Positions 21,990 to 33,000 of a stretch of DNA of 64,000 nt are shown here, piece by piece. The stretch lies in the NCBI GenBank assembly GCA_000004985.1, contig GG738880.1, one strand, 5' to 3'. Position 1 is the first letter of the stretch; each line of letters begins with the position of its first letter. A program made the position numbers and the translations under genes. This DNA comes from Naegleria gruberi. Taxonomy: Eukaryota. Under the pieces are notes generated by a model. It had not been told where the DNA came from. It did not search any database and saw only the letters and a list, made by a program, of their open reading frames with translations.

Positions 21990-23840
21990 ATGAATCTCCC
22001 ACCTTCTTCCTCAAACTTGAGCCTTACATCAATACCCACTATTTCATCGAGTACTAGTAGCTTGGCACAAAATGATGAGGATTTTCTTCAATATGGTGGA
22101 GGAGGTGGCGATAATCAAAAGAATAATTATCAAGATGATTTGGCAAGTAGTAGTTCGGGTGATGAATCGGAATTATGTTCAGGATTGAATACAAGAGCCT
22201 CATTGAATGACTCTATTCAAGCTCCATTAACTTCAAGGAGGATTGCCTCAGTCACAAACATTATTGATGATGAATCGCCTGATGTTGTTTTACATACATC
22301 GGTGAGTGAGGATTCCTTTCTGAGGTCATCATTGACAAGTAGTAGACCAAAAGTTCCAACAAGGGAGACATCGTCACTGATGAATTCCATTGACGATTTT
22401 AATTCAATCACATCCCAAATGTATAATGTTAATAGTAGTATTCCAGATATCAAATTGAAATCACCGAGAAGTACAACAGCAGTTCTTAAGAACCCAACAC
22501 CTCCAATGCCTATCGATTTACAGCAACAACAGCAACAGGTACTCAACAGACCAACATATAAGGGAAATTTATTATTTGATTCATCTTTTGAGAGTGGAAA
22601 CTTGGAGAAGGTAATTCGTGTCGATGAGAATGAGTATGATCTTTATGTGAGAGGAGATACTTACAATCCAGGAAAGAGGATGTGGTATTATTTCAAAGTA
22701 TCAAATGTTTTGAAAAATCAAAAAGTCTTGTTTACAATTACAAATTTGAGTAAGAACAAATCACTCTACAGACAAGGAATGACACCACTTGTGTCAAGTA
22801 CTAGCAGACCCAAGTGGGAGAGAATTCCTGAAAAACAAGTTTACTATTACAGAAAACCTGCAAAATATGCCAATATTGCAACAGCACCCAATTTGTTATC
22901 ATTTGTTTTTGTCTTTGATAGAGATGAAGATGAATATTACTTTTCCTATTGCTATCCTTATACTTATACCGAGTTGCAAAAATTCCTTTTCGTTATTGAA
23001 TCCAAGAACTTCAATTATTTTCATAGATCAGAGCTCTGTAAAACAGCCCAAAACAGGAGGTGTGACATTTTGACAATTGCCAGCCCATCTCTTCTGGCTG
23101 ATACTACCATCAAGAAGAAAAAGATTGTCTTTATCACCTCAAGAGTCCATCCAGGAGAAACTCCTGCCAGCTTTGTTTGTCATGGATTTATCAGTTTTAT
23201 ATGTTCCAACCATCCTGTTGCTGTACAGTTGAGAGAAAAGCTAATTTTCAAAATTGTTCCAATGTTAAATCCTGATGGTGTCGCAATTGGAAATTACAGA
23301 ACCTGTAGTATGGGATTCGATCTTAATAGACATTGGCTGAGTCCTCAAGAGTGGAGTCAACCAACTATTTATCATGTGAGAAAGTACTTGCTCGAATTGA
23401 GAAACGATCCAAATTATCAAATCGATTTCTTTATGGATCTACACTCTCACTCAGCTGCAAACAATGGTTTCATGTATGTAAATTATGGAAACAAACCAAA
23501 CAGTTCCACAATGGATTCGGATCAACTCAGATTCCCAAAACTTTTAGATTATAGAGCTAAAGAATTTTCTATGAGTGACACTAAACGATGTAAAGATCCA
23601 TCCAAACTCGGTGCAAGTAGAAGAGTATTGGGAGAGGTTCTCAATGTTGCAAAGTATTGCTACACCTTGGAGGTTTCTTTCTTTAGTTACAAATCCAGTG
23701 CAGAATCAACGAAAATGAGCCCCTTCACAATGGAAAATTATTGCAATCTTGGAAAGAATATGTGTATGGCTTTGGCTGATTTTTATGGTCTAGATACTGC
23801 TAGCATTGTCATTCCTTCAGCTCAAGAATCTAAAGATTAA
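21990..23840 (+). CDS. Cytosolic carboxypeptidase (M14 family, Nna1/CCP-like tubulin deglutamylase)
   Basis: 616-aa ORF with the CCP N-terminal domain motif FESGNL (FDSSFESGNLEKVIRVDENEYDLYVRGD). The M14 zinc-carboxypeptidase core has HPGE (SRVHPGETPASF), NPDG (PMLNPDGVAIGNYR) and DLHSHS. Confidence 0.8.
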   Translation: MNLPPSSSNLSLTSIPTISSSTSSLAQNDEDFLQYGGGGGDNQKNNYQDDLASSSSGDESELCSGLNTRASLNDSIQAPLTSRRIASVTNIIDDESPDVVLHTSVSEDSFLRSSLTSSRPKVPTRETSSLMNSIDDFNSITSQMYNVNSSIPDIKLKSPRSTTAVLKNPTPPMPIDLQQQQQQVLNRPTYKGNLLFDSSFESGNLEKVIRVDENEYDLYVRGDTYNPGKRMWYYFKVSNVLKNQKVLFTITNLSKNKSLYRQGMTPLVSSTSRPKWERIPEKQVYYYRKPAKYANIATAPNLLSFVFVFDRDEDEYYFSYCYPYTYTELQKFLFVIESKNFNYFHRSELCKTAQNRRCDILTIASPSLLADTTIKKKKIVFITSRVHPGETPASFVCHGFISFICSNHPVAVQLREKLIFKIVPMLNPDGVAIGNYRTCSMGFDLNRHWLSPQEWSQPTIYHVRKYLLELRNDPNYQIDFFMDLHSHSAANNGFMYVNYGNKPNSSTMDSDQLRFPKLLDYRAKEFSMSDTKRCKDPSKLGASRRVLGEVLNVAKYCYTLEVSFFSYKSSAESTKMSPFTMENYCNLGKNMCMALADFYGLDTASIVIPSAQESKD

Positions 23841-23870
23841 CTTTTAAACAATAGAACACGAACTTTCACT

Positions 23871-24836
23871 TTAATGGTAGCGAATCTTTAGGTAATCTTT
23901 GAGTTGAGGACTTTCAATTTGCGATAATGTTTCATAAGATAATGTGGACCAAGTAAGAAGAGAATATAATCCCCTATCTGACCTACTAGACACTTCCTCA
24001 ATTGCTATCTGTAAGAAATCAATCCTTTCATTGAATAATCTTGCTAAATTCGTGTACATGGGTAATTTGAGACGTTTCATCATTTCTCGAAACAATTCAC
24101 AACTAACTGTTTTTGGATTCATGTTTTGGATTAGATATCCACGTACTTGAAACGTTGGATTTTTCATTAAAATCTCTATACATTCTTGATCAAATTTAAC
24201 CTTTTCCAAAAGTCCTCTTTGAAATTCTATGGCACGTTCACTTTCCAACACTCTTGAAACTTCTTTCGAATAGGTTTGAGATTTTTTAACAAAACTTTCC
24301 ATAAAGCTCCTCATACATACTTCTGCATCTTTAAATTGAGGCTTATAACTCAAATTCCTACAAATCAGAATTTCCTTAACATCCTCACTAGTCAAACCAT
24401 ACTTTAACTCATCAAATCTATTACAAAAGTTTTGAAATAAATAATACCATTCATGAGCAATAATTCGTATCAATATCTCCCTACTCGATGTTGCAACATG
24501 TTGCAATCCATTTCTCTGTGCTTTTCTTCTCAATTGTTTGGCTCTCTTTTTATAACATATTCTCATTCCCTTCTTGAAATTTGTGAGCATCACCTTTTTA
24601 GAATTCTGTTCAAAATTTAAATTTTCTTGCCTCGATTTTGAATAAAGTTCTTCATAGTGATGAGCAGTTTGTTCTAGAAAGTATCGAATTTGAATTGTCC
24701 AAGTGTTGTTCGGTAAATTCTCAGTAATGAAGAACCAATTCTTGCAAACGAGTGATGCTCCGAGAAGTAAATCAGCAAGTGGAAGAAACGAAAATACTTC
24801 ACCAACACAATCATCATGCAAGTAGTTGTTCATCAT
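23871..24836 (-). CDS. F-box domain protein
   Basis: 321-aa ORF with an N-terminal F-box (VFSFLPLADLLLGASLVCKNWFFI). The remainder is helical with no catalytic motifs. Confidence 0.6.
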   Translation of the reverse strand: MMNNYLHDDCVGEVFSFLPLADLLLGASLVCKNWFFITENLPNNTWTIQIRYFLEQTAHHYEELYSKSRQENLNFEQNSKKVMLTNFKKGMRICYKKRAKQLRRKAQRNGLQHVATSSREILIRIIAHEWYYLFQNFCNRFDELKYGLTSEDVKEILICRNLSYKPQFKDAEVCMRSFMESFVKKSQTYSKEVSRVLESERAIEFQRGLLEKVKFDQECIEILMKNPTFQVRGYLIQNMNPKTVSCELFREMMKRLKLPMYTNLARLFNERIDFLQIAIEEVSSRSDRGLYSLLTWSTLSYETLSQIESPQLKDYLKIRYH

Positions 24837-24962
24837 TTTTTTAAATATTTGCAGAAATTATTACAAAAAACTTTAATAATATATTTAACATTTAAATATA
24901 TTGACATTTAATATTATCCAAATCATAATGACGGATTTCATTTAAAAACTCCGTTAAAAAAA

Positions 24963-26645
24963 ATGACTCAACAAGCAGCAGAAGAAGAAATCACACTCGT
25001 TGTGAATGACAATGATTCGGGAGTTGTAGCTGTTGAAGATCAACAACATTCCGAACAGCAAAAACAATTAACCGCCATTGATAATTATTCTCTTAATAAT
25101 AATGATCAGAACCTCATTGGATTCAAGCCAATTACATTAGATTCCAACCTCCGATATCGAAATAAGAAATTCAAAGCAGAGTTGAATGGTGATTTTCTGA
25201 TATTGCGAAATTTGGAGGGAAAGAAGAGCAACGACAATTTGGTGCCTCTCTTGACGATTGAAATGGAATCTATATTTGCTGTTCATAAGAAAACGGATCA
25301 ACCTCTTGTGTTTGTTGTGTTTACATTTAGGGCAAAGGATTGTAAGAAGATTGTTTATGAATTTGAGGCTTTGGGGAATGAAGAATGTGCAGAGTGGGTT
25401 GATAGTATTAGATCGAATGCTTTTAAAACTAATTTAATCATGTCGGGATCTAAATCATTTGGAAATCGTAGAGTTTTGCTTTTTATTAATCCATTCAGTG
25501 GAAAGAAGACTGGAACCAAGATTTTTGAGAAACAAATCAAGCCAATGCTTGATGTTGCTCATCTTTCATATGATGCAATTATTACAGAGAGGGCAGATCA
25601 TGCATTTGAGTTTTGTTCTACCTCTGATAAGATTTTGGAATATACAGATATTTGTGGAATGGGAGGAGATGGTATTATTTATGAAATAATCAACGGAATT
25701 GGAAAGAGAAAGGATTGGAAGAATGTATTTGATCGTGTCAGGATTGGTCATATTCCAGGAGGAACTTCCAATGCTTTGGCTGTATTTTCTGGATCTCAAG
25801 TTAAAAGTGGAAAGCCAGCAGTTCCTGAAATGGCCGCCTTTATTATCGCCAGAGGGTTCCATCAACCTATGGATCTTTTATCCTGTTTTCAAGAGGCCAA
25901 TAAGAGATACATCTCATTCCTGAGTATTACTTGGAGTGCTATTGCAGATGTGGATATTGGCACTGAAAATATGAGATGGCTGGGTGCAGCCAGAAACACG
26001 GTCGGAGCTATCAAACAAATTATGAACAAGAAGGCATACAGAGGAAAGCTTAAATATGTTCAACAATCTCAAGAATTGAAACGTGTAAAATCTCTGAAAA
26101 ACATTCGAGAGAATGAACAAAGGTATTCATCCTATACAGAGAGTAGTATTGAATTTTTACAAGGAAAGGAAAATGAAAAGGGTCAACTAAGTTGTCCACT
26201 CTTGGAACAATATTTCCATGAGGAATTTAAGAAATTGGCTCCAGAATATTGTTCTGAAAAGGAACCAAATATCACTGAGGATTCCACCAATTCTCACTTG
26301 GAAGTCAAAGAAATTGAGGACAGATTTTGCATGTTCCTGGCCGCCAATATTTCACACATTTCCTTTGATTTCATTGCCTCACCAATGGCTCACCATCATG
26401 ATGGTTACATTGATTTGGTCTATGTGAAGGATGACATTTCAAGAGGAGATTTCCTCAATATCTTTTTGGCAGCAGAGAAGGGAGATCATATTTTTGAAAA
26501 GTGTGTTGATTTGTCGAAAGTGAAGGCATTCATGCTTACACCAATTGATACTGGATCGTTTGTTGTTGTGGATGGAGAGGCTGTTGATTATAGTCCAATA
26601 CTTGTAGAGGTTCATCCTTCTTGTTGTAAACTTTTAACTTTGTAA
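24963..26645 (+). CDS. Ceramide kinase / sphingosine kinase-like lipid kinase (DAGK catalytic-domain family) with an N-terminal PH-like region
   Basis: 560-aa ORF. DAGK_cat motifs: RRVLLFINPFSGKKTG, GMGGDGIIYEIINGI and GHIPGGTSNALA. The ~170-aa N-terminal domain preceding the kinase resembles the PH-domain arrangement of ceramide kinase. Confidence 0.7.
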   Translation: MTQQAAEEEITLVVNDNDSGVVAVEDQQHSEQQKQLTAIDNYSLNNNDQNLIGFKPITLDSNLRYRNKKFKAELNGDFLILRNLEGKKSNDNLVPLLTIEMESIFAVHKKTDQPLVFVVFTFRAKDCKKIVYEFEALGNEECAEWVDSIRSNAFKTNLIMSGSKSFGNRRVLLFINPFSGKKTGTKIFEKQIKPMLDVAHLSYDAIITERADHAFEFCSTSDKILEYTDICGMGGDGIIYEIINGIGKRKDWKNVFDRVRIGHIPGGTSNALAVFSGSQVKSGKPAVPEMAAFIIARGFHQPMDLLSCFQEANKRYISFLSITWSAIADVDIGTENMRWLGAARNTVGAIKQIMNKKAYRGKLKYVQQSQELKRVKSLKNIRENEQRYSSYTESSIEFLQGKENEKGQLSCPLLEQYFHEEFKKLAPEYCSEKEPNITEDSTNSHLEVKEIEDRFCMFLAANISHISFDFIASPMAHHHDGYIDLVYVKDDISRGDFLNIFLAAEKGDHIFEKCVDLSKVKAFMLTPIDTGSFVVVDGEAVDYSPILVEVHPSCCKLLTL

Positions 26646-26674
26646 ATACAAGATTGATTCAACACCACACTATT

Positions 26675-27358
26675 TTATTGTTGAGGTTTGGACAGATTTA
26701 CAATTTCTTCAAGTAAATTTTCAAATGGCAAAATAGCTTCTGGTTGAATTTCCATATTGTCTCTGTTTTCATGGAGCATGATAAGACTCTTTTCAATGGC
26801 ATTCTTGGCCTTTTCCAAAGATTCTCTTCTTGCATTCAAATCAGATGATTCCATTGCTAGTTCTCTATAAAGTTTGGCAAGGAAATAATTTGCCTTTGGT
26901 TGAAATTCAACAGCATTAATAATTAAATCATCCATTTCTTCTGCAGTTGTGTAAACTTCTGGAATTTTAGTTAATTCAATAACGTGCTCCAAGTGTGGAA
27001 TGGCTTCCAATTTTCTATTCAATTCAAATGCAAGAATATATCCAATTTGAAGCATTGCAAAAATTGAATCTGGTTTCATTTCCACAATTTCCTGATAAAC
27101 TTTAATAGCTTCCTCGAATCTTCCAAGTTTTTGATTAGTTATGGCCTTTGATGAGAGTTGTCCTAATTTTTGAACTGCCAAAAATTCCTTTCTTCTCTTT
27201 TCTTGTTGTTCCGATGTTGATGATGATGAAGAATATTTCTTTGCATTATTAGAACAAGAATTATTAATAATTAAATGATGAGAGTAAAATAAATTCTTTT
27301 TAATGTGATAATTTTTCACAACAGCTGATGTGAAACACCTTGAACCAATTCTAAACAT
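26675..27358 (-). CDS. TPR-repeat protein (possible organellar targeting N-terminus)
   Basis: 227-aa ORF. TPR-like helical hairpins: EEAIKVYQEIVEMKPDSIFAMLQIGYILAF and YFLAKLYRELAMESSDLNARRESLEKAKNAIE. The N-terminus MFRIGSRCFTSAVVKNY is rich in basic and hydroxylated residues. Confidence 0.5.
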   Translation of the reverse strand: MFRIGSRCFTSAVVKNYHIKKNLFYSHHLIINNSCSNNAKKYSSSSSTSEQQEKRRKEFLAVQKLGQLSSKAITNQKLGRFEEAIKVYQEIVEMKPDSIFAMLQIGYILAFELNRKLEAIPHLEHVIELTKIPEVYTTAEEMDDLIINAVEFQPKANYFLAKLYRELAMESSDLNARRESLEKAKNAIEKSLIMLHENRDNMEIQPEAILPFENLLEEIVNLSKPQQ

Positions 27359-27458
27359 TTTTTTTGATTTGTTTTGTAATCTTTATTCCTACTTTGAATA
27401 AATTGTTATTTCACATTGCGAAAAAGTTGGGTGTTGGTTAGTATTATTTACAAGTTTC

Positions 27459-28811
27459 TTAAAGGAAATATTGAGAAACATCAAAACTGGACTCATCACC
27501 ACCATTGATAGAGGTTGCCACTTTGAAATCTCCATTGCCATTCTTTGGCTTGATGAGTTTCATTGTACTCTTGTGGAGTTTACTATCCACAGTGCATTCT
27601 CTTGCGTGTGAAGGAGCATCTTCAAATATATTGAAAAACATGTTCAATTCCTGGTCAATTTCCAGAACTGATGCCTTATTACCACATCGATAACAGTAAT
27701 TTGGTGCGCTCCACACTGTACTGAGTCTATCATCGAAGAGTAATCGATAGCCAGCATCACACAATTGGTGAGCTCTGCACATGTGAATGGCACTATTGAA
27801 ATGGAGGAACTTTTTAACAATATCACCTCCGAATAAATAGCCAGCCCCTCTTGAATTATTAGTTCCGAATCCTTCACGATCTGGATCTGGATCAGACCAC
27901 AATAAATCCACAAGTGGACCCTCCATTCCAGGTTCTCCAAATCTATCCAAAACTCTTATCTGATCCAGAGAGGTAATTGCAGGAGAAAGTCCACCATGTA
28001 CACAGAAAATCTTTTCATCCACCAATGCAGCCACTGTTAAATAATCAAAAAGATCAGTAAAATAATTCCAAGTATTTGGACTTCCATAATATTCCATACA
28101 TTCCTTATAAAAACCATAAGTTCTAGAAATTCCTCTAGTTTCATGATTACCTCTCAATAGAGTAATCCTTTGTGGCCACTTTAATTTATAACACAGCAGT
28201 AAACTCATTGTCAATACAGAGTGTTTTCCTCTATCCACATAATCTCCCAAAAACAAGTAATTAGTATTCGGTAAAGGTCCTCCAACTCTAAACATTTCAA
28301 TTACATCCCAAAATTGACCGTGAATGTCTCCAACAACTGTAACAGGAGATGAAACTCTCACAATATTACTTTCATTCATCAAAACTTCCTGTGCCTTGAT
28401 ACATAATTGTTTAATTTCAATTTCTCTCAAAGGAATTCCCTTCTCCAATCTTTCAATACAACTGTTTATAAAATCCGATGAATTTCCACCTATTGATGAT
28501 GATGTAGTATTCATCATCGTCATCATATTATTATTATTAATTAATTGTGATGAACATGAAATACAAGAAGCCTCTGATGAATAATTAGCATCACAGGAAG
28601 GCTCTATAGCTGTACAATAATCAACATTTCCCAAATTCCTTGCCCAGGTAAATGGCGATTGGTGTAATGTTGAAACTCTATTCAATATTTGCTGATAGGA
28701 AGAGTTTGTAGTTTTTAGTTGGTTGAAGATTTTAATAGAGTCGGGATCTTCTTCGATAGTTTGATTGGTGGATTTCTTCTTTCTTCCGTAGGCAGGAGTG
28801 GGTGAGGACAT
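27459..28811 (-). CDS. PPP-family Ser/Thr protein phosphatase catalytic subunit (PP2A/PP4/PP6-like) with ~130-aa N-terminal extension
   Basis: 450-aa ORF with the full PPP signature: GDIHGQ, GDYVDRG, GNHE, HGG, RG and SAPNYC (WSAPNYCYRCGN). Confidence 0.85.
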   Translation of the reverse strand: MSSPTPAYGRKKKSTNQTIEEDPDSIKIFNQLKTTNSSYQQILNRVSTLHQSPFTWARNLGNVDYCTAIEPSCDANYSSEASCISCSSQLINNNNMMTMMNTTSSSIGGNSSDFINSCIERLEKGIPLREIEIKQLCIKAQEVLMNESNIVRVSSPVTVVGDIHGQFWDVIEMFRVGGPLPNTNYLFLGDYVDRGKHSVLTMSLLLCYKLKWPQRITLLRGNHETRGISRTYGFYKECMEYYGSPNTWNYFTDLFDYLTVAALVDEKIFCVHGGLSPAITSLDQIRVLDRFGEPGMEGPLVDLLWSDPDPDREGFGTNNSRGAGYLFGGDIVKKFLHFNSAIHMCRAHQLCDAGYRLLFDDRLSTVWSAPNYCYRCGNKASVLEIDQELNMFFNIFEDAPSHARECTVDSKLHKSTMKLIKPKNGNGDFKVATSINGGDESSFDVSQYFL

Positions 28812-29038
28812 TTTCTAATTAGTTAAATATTAGTTAAATAGTTAAATAGTTAAAGTATTTAAATGATGAAGAAGGAATGGATGATTTATATATTTTGTAC
28901 AATGAATTGATGATTCAGAAGAGCAACAGGTTTTGGCTTGTTGCTATTTTTTTTTAATATTTTGTTGTTACTTTAAATACTATTTAATATTTAAATATAT
29001 TTTTACAATAATATTATTCAAGAGGTAGAGAATCAACT

Positions 29039-30031
29039 TTACTCAGCATTGTCCTCCACATGTTTTAAAATAATTTCATAAATTTTGAATAACAAATTTG
29101 GAGAAACAATCTTTTCATCCTCAATTCTTGTAAGGAAATTGGAAAATACTTTCGGTATGGCAAAGTAAGTATTCGATTTAGCATTGGCGGTATTTGTTGC
29201 TGGAGTTGGAGTGTTTGCTTGCTTTTTGTCTCCCTTTTGATCAATCTCAATCAAATGTTTGAGGAATTTTCTCAGTTGACTTGCATTTTCTCCCACAACT
29301 TTATCAGCCGAATCAATAGTTGCAAATTTAATCTTACACCAATCGTGAATGGCTTGATAGAAAATTCCTGACGACAATTCAGATGCCATGTTTGGTAAAA
29401 ATTCATTGATCATGAAATTTAAATCCCATCCACTAATTATTTCAGGAGAGAATGAATCTTCCTGACTTTCCACAATGTATTTCCTCAAATTATCAATCTT
29501 GGAATAATCTTCGTGATCCTTTGCGAGATTCTCTGAGAAATTTTGCACAATGAATGGCCACATATTCACATTCAAATAATCATCGTGAATGCAATCCAAT
29601 ATTCTACTCTTCACTTTTGGGGAACACTCAAATAGTGTGAGCAATGTGAGAATAATCCTAAAATCAGTCATTGATAAATCTCTCGTCAATGAAACTCCAT
29701 AAATTAATTGTAGAAATGTAATGACAATGAAGGATGGCAAAAAGAAGGTAATTTCCTTCTTATCCGGTGATAGTGCCATCACTTTGGAAATATCCTCCCT
29801 CCTACTCGTAGCAATATCATCATTAAATAATTGTTTAAAAACAGATGCTGATTCGGAAAGTTTTTCCATGTTTAAATAAAAGACTCTATCCTTTACTTGT
29901 TCACTTAAAATTCCAAGTTGATCATACTCTGTCTTACAAATACATTTAATATCCTTCTCGGGTGTTGCTGAGTGATCATTCCAGCCAGCACATGTGAATG
30001 AAGTGTGCGGAAGGTAAACTTTTCCTGGCAT
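29039..30031 (-). CDS. Hypothetical protein with possible BTB/POZ-like domain
   Basis: 330-aa ORF. The region SESASVFKQLFNDD...KKEITFFLPSFIVITFLQLIYGVSL...LTLFECSPKVKSRILDC loosely resembles a BTB fold. It begins only 9 bp downstream of the stop of the histidine-kinase gene on the same strand. The real initiator may be an internal Met (for example MEKLSESA). Confidence 0.4.
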   Translation of the reverse strand: MPGKVYLPHTSFTCAGWNDHSATPEKDIKCICKTEYDQLGILSEQVKDRVFYLNMEKLSESASVFKQLFNDDIATSRREDISKVMALSPDKKEITFFLPSFIVITFLQLIYGVSLTRDLSMTDFRIILTLLTLFECSPKVKSRILDCIHDDYLNVNMWPFIVQNFSENLAKDHEDYSKIDNLRKYIVESQEDSFSPEIISGWDLNFMINEFLPNMASELSSGIFYQAIHDWCKIKFATIDSADKVVGENASQLRKFLKHLIEIDQKGDKKQANTPTPATNTANAKSNTYFAIPKVFSNFLTRIEDEKIVSPNLLFKIYEIILKHVEDNAE

Positions 30032-30040
30032 TTTTTTCTA

Positions 30041-33000
30041 TCATCTTCTTACAATATCGAGCACTAGCTGTCTGATATCACTTAACCTGGTTGGCTTTGA
30101 CATGAAGTATTTTACACCATTGTTTAAGAGTTGTTCCTCTTCCTTCTTATTTACAATGTTTGCTGTGAGGAGTACAATGTTTGGAGCATTTTCTTTACAG
30201 GTTTCATGAATGATTCGAGACGTGTCAAACCCATCGAGTCCATCCATGAAAAGATCTAAAAAGATAATGTTAAAGCAGCTATTCTTGACATATTTGATAG
30301 CTTCCTCACCACTTGAAGCTATTGAAATCTTTTGTAATCCAAGTTTGATTAGCATGTGTGAGAGAACCTTTGAATTAATCATGTTATCATCCACAATGAG
30401 AACAGAAAAGTGACCAGCAATGCTCAGTAATTCGTCCTCAGGTACAATTGATCGTTTCTCTATAGGTTTGACCTCTTCAATTAGGTGCGATTTGAGGGCC
30501 TGTGTAAAATCGGCAAGTTTGAAAATTGGCTTGCTTAAATATGGACCTTCTTTCAGGCAAGAAAATTGAACCATGGAAGGCAGTATATGAATCTTGTTGT
30601 GATTCAATGGCAAGTTCAATTCATGACAAATACTTTCAACATTCGAAGATTGTAAAGCTTCCAATAAATTTAAATCCACCACTATTATTAGCTTATCCAA
30701 ACTGTCCAATTTAGATAATGAGCCTTCTAAGGATTCAATAAGTGATTGTTTTGAATTGCATATTACGAAATTCTCCTCTTCATTGTAACCCGTTGCAACA
30801 TTGAAACCCCTGGAGAAATTTTTCAAACTCTGTGAAAATAAATCATTCCTATCCAGTACCATATATTGAGTATTGCGAGGAGAGCTTGTATTCTTCCACT
30901 TTGAAAAAAAGTTTACATGTTTGGAGTTATTCTTTTCCATGTTGGCACGATCTTCAAGTGAAAGTTCCTCAATTTCCTTGAAAGTTGTCTTACATGTAAA
31001 GATGAATTTTGATCCCTTATTTAATCCTTCACTTTCTGCCTTCAAGCTTCCCCCGAGCGCGTTTGAAATCATTTTTGAAATGGAGACACCTAGACCTGTT
31101 CCTTTTGGTGCATGCTGGGTGTTAAATTGGAGGAATGGTTGGCCAATTTTTGTTAAATTTTCCTTTTCAATTCCAATACCCGTATCACAAACTTGAATTT
31201 AATGTCTATGAATAATGATATTATAAATATTACAAACCTTCTATTTCCAAGTGGGCTTGTTCAGCATCAATTTTGACCAATTGTACACCAATATAAATAT
31301 AGCCAACCTCTGTAAATTTCACAGCATTAGACAATAAATTGAGTACAACTTGCTTTAGTCTCCCTTTATCACTATTTAGAATTATATTAAAAGGAAAATC
31401 TGGTTTGTAGTCAACTATGAGATCAAGTTTCTTTTTTGTACATTCCAAAACTACAAGGTCAATAACCTCTTCAATTGGTTCATTAGCATAAAAATATTCT
31501 GAATTGAGTTTCATATGTTGCTCCAATTTCATTAAATCGAGAAAATCATTTATCAATGAGAGCATAGTCTCTCCACTATTCTTAATCATGGTCAGATATT
31601 CATAATGCTCATTACTGATATTCACTGATGATCCAAGTAATAAATCAGAAAGACCCAAAACGCACACAAGTGGAGTACGTAGATCATGTGATGTATTTCT
31701 CAAAAATTGCTCCTTCTCCATAATGACTTTCTCTGATATTTTTCGTTGCTCCAACAATTCTTGCTCCACTTTTCTTCTCTGTTCCACTTCCTCTTTAAGT
31801 TTAATATTGCTACGTAATAGCTCCTCGGTTCTTTGCTCGATCCTTTGTTCGAGATTTAAATTTGCCAACTTGAGTTTTTCCTTTGCCTCTTCTCTTTCCA
31901 AATAATACTGCCAAGAAACAATGATCGTGGAACAGGTTGTGCAAATTGGCTCCAAGAATGAAATATCCTCCTCACGAAATCCTCCTTCTTTATTGGCCAA
32001 TCCAATCATGCCAACAATTTTGTTATTATGTATAAAAGGTAGTCCAAGAAAACTATTGAGGGGTGGGTGTCCTAATCCAATAATTATTCAAAAAATATAA
32101 TCAATCGATTCAATCAACCAATACTTGAACATACCTGGAGGAACATGATTAGGTGATGCAAAAGGATGAGTTTTTGGGTGATTAGTCAGTAAAGGTTGCC
32201 CTGTCATCATTACATGACCAAAGAGACTGTTCATGTTATTGAACTTAAAGCCTACTTGTGTACATTTTTGAAATAGATCGAGTGCTTCTTGAGATAATTT
32301 CGTTCTGGCGAAAGATATAGCATGTGAGTGTAGAAAAGGTTTTCCATCATCTGTGTACTTGACCTCACCAATGAAACTGTACTGGCAACGAATGAGAGAT
32401 ATGACCTCATTCAGCAAGTCTAAGAAGAGTTTGGATGGATTTTCCATATGCAAGGCTGCACTCAGTTGTGCATTATAAATTGATCTTAGTAAGTCATGAG
32501 AACGGCTAGCGTGTCCATCACTCTCCGGAGAATTTGGGGAGTGATTGGATTTGAAGGAACATTTACCAGAGTGTTTTCGGTTTATCTTGAGTTCATCCTT
32601 AAATTCTAGATCAATGGCACATGCCTTTCTATTCATACTAATTCGTTCCAATGTTTGTGTTGATTGTTGAATTTCTGCAAGGAGGTGATGTTTTCTCAGA
32701 AGTGAATCCAATTGTGATGTTGCAAATGATGTCGTTTCGTCGTCATCCATATTCGAGGATGAGGAAGACGAGGAAACACTAGATGAGGCTATTGAAAAAT
32801 GTCGTCCTGTTGAACTTGGATCAGAAATACTTTCAGAAGAGAATGGACATGAAAATCCAAAATCACCTGAAATACTTTCTCTATGATGAGGAGGTGAGAA
32901 TGCTTGCTGATGAGATGTAGGTGTGCAAACAACACTTTCCTTATGATGATTATGTTCGGTTATTAAATTAATGTCTGTTCTGTTTGTTTTATTTGTTGAG

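Noticed and set aside
30010-30045. 28-nt candidate intron (GTAAGAAGATGATAG...TGCCAG) to fuse the HK receiver domain with the downstream ORF
   Set aside because: Too short compared with all other introns (35 nt or more). The resulting frame hits a stop after ~45 codons.
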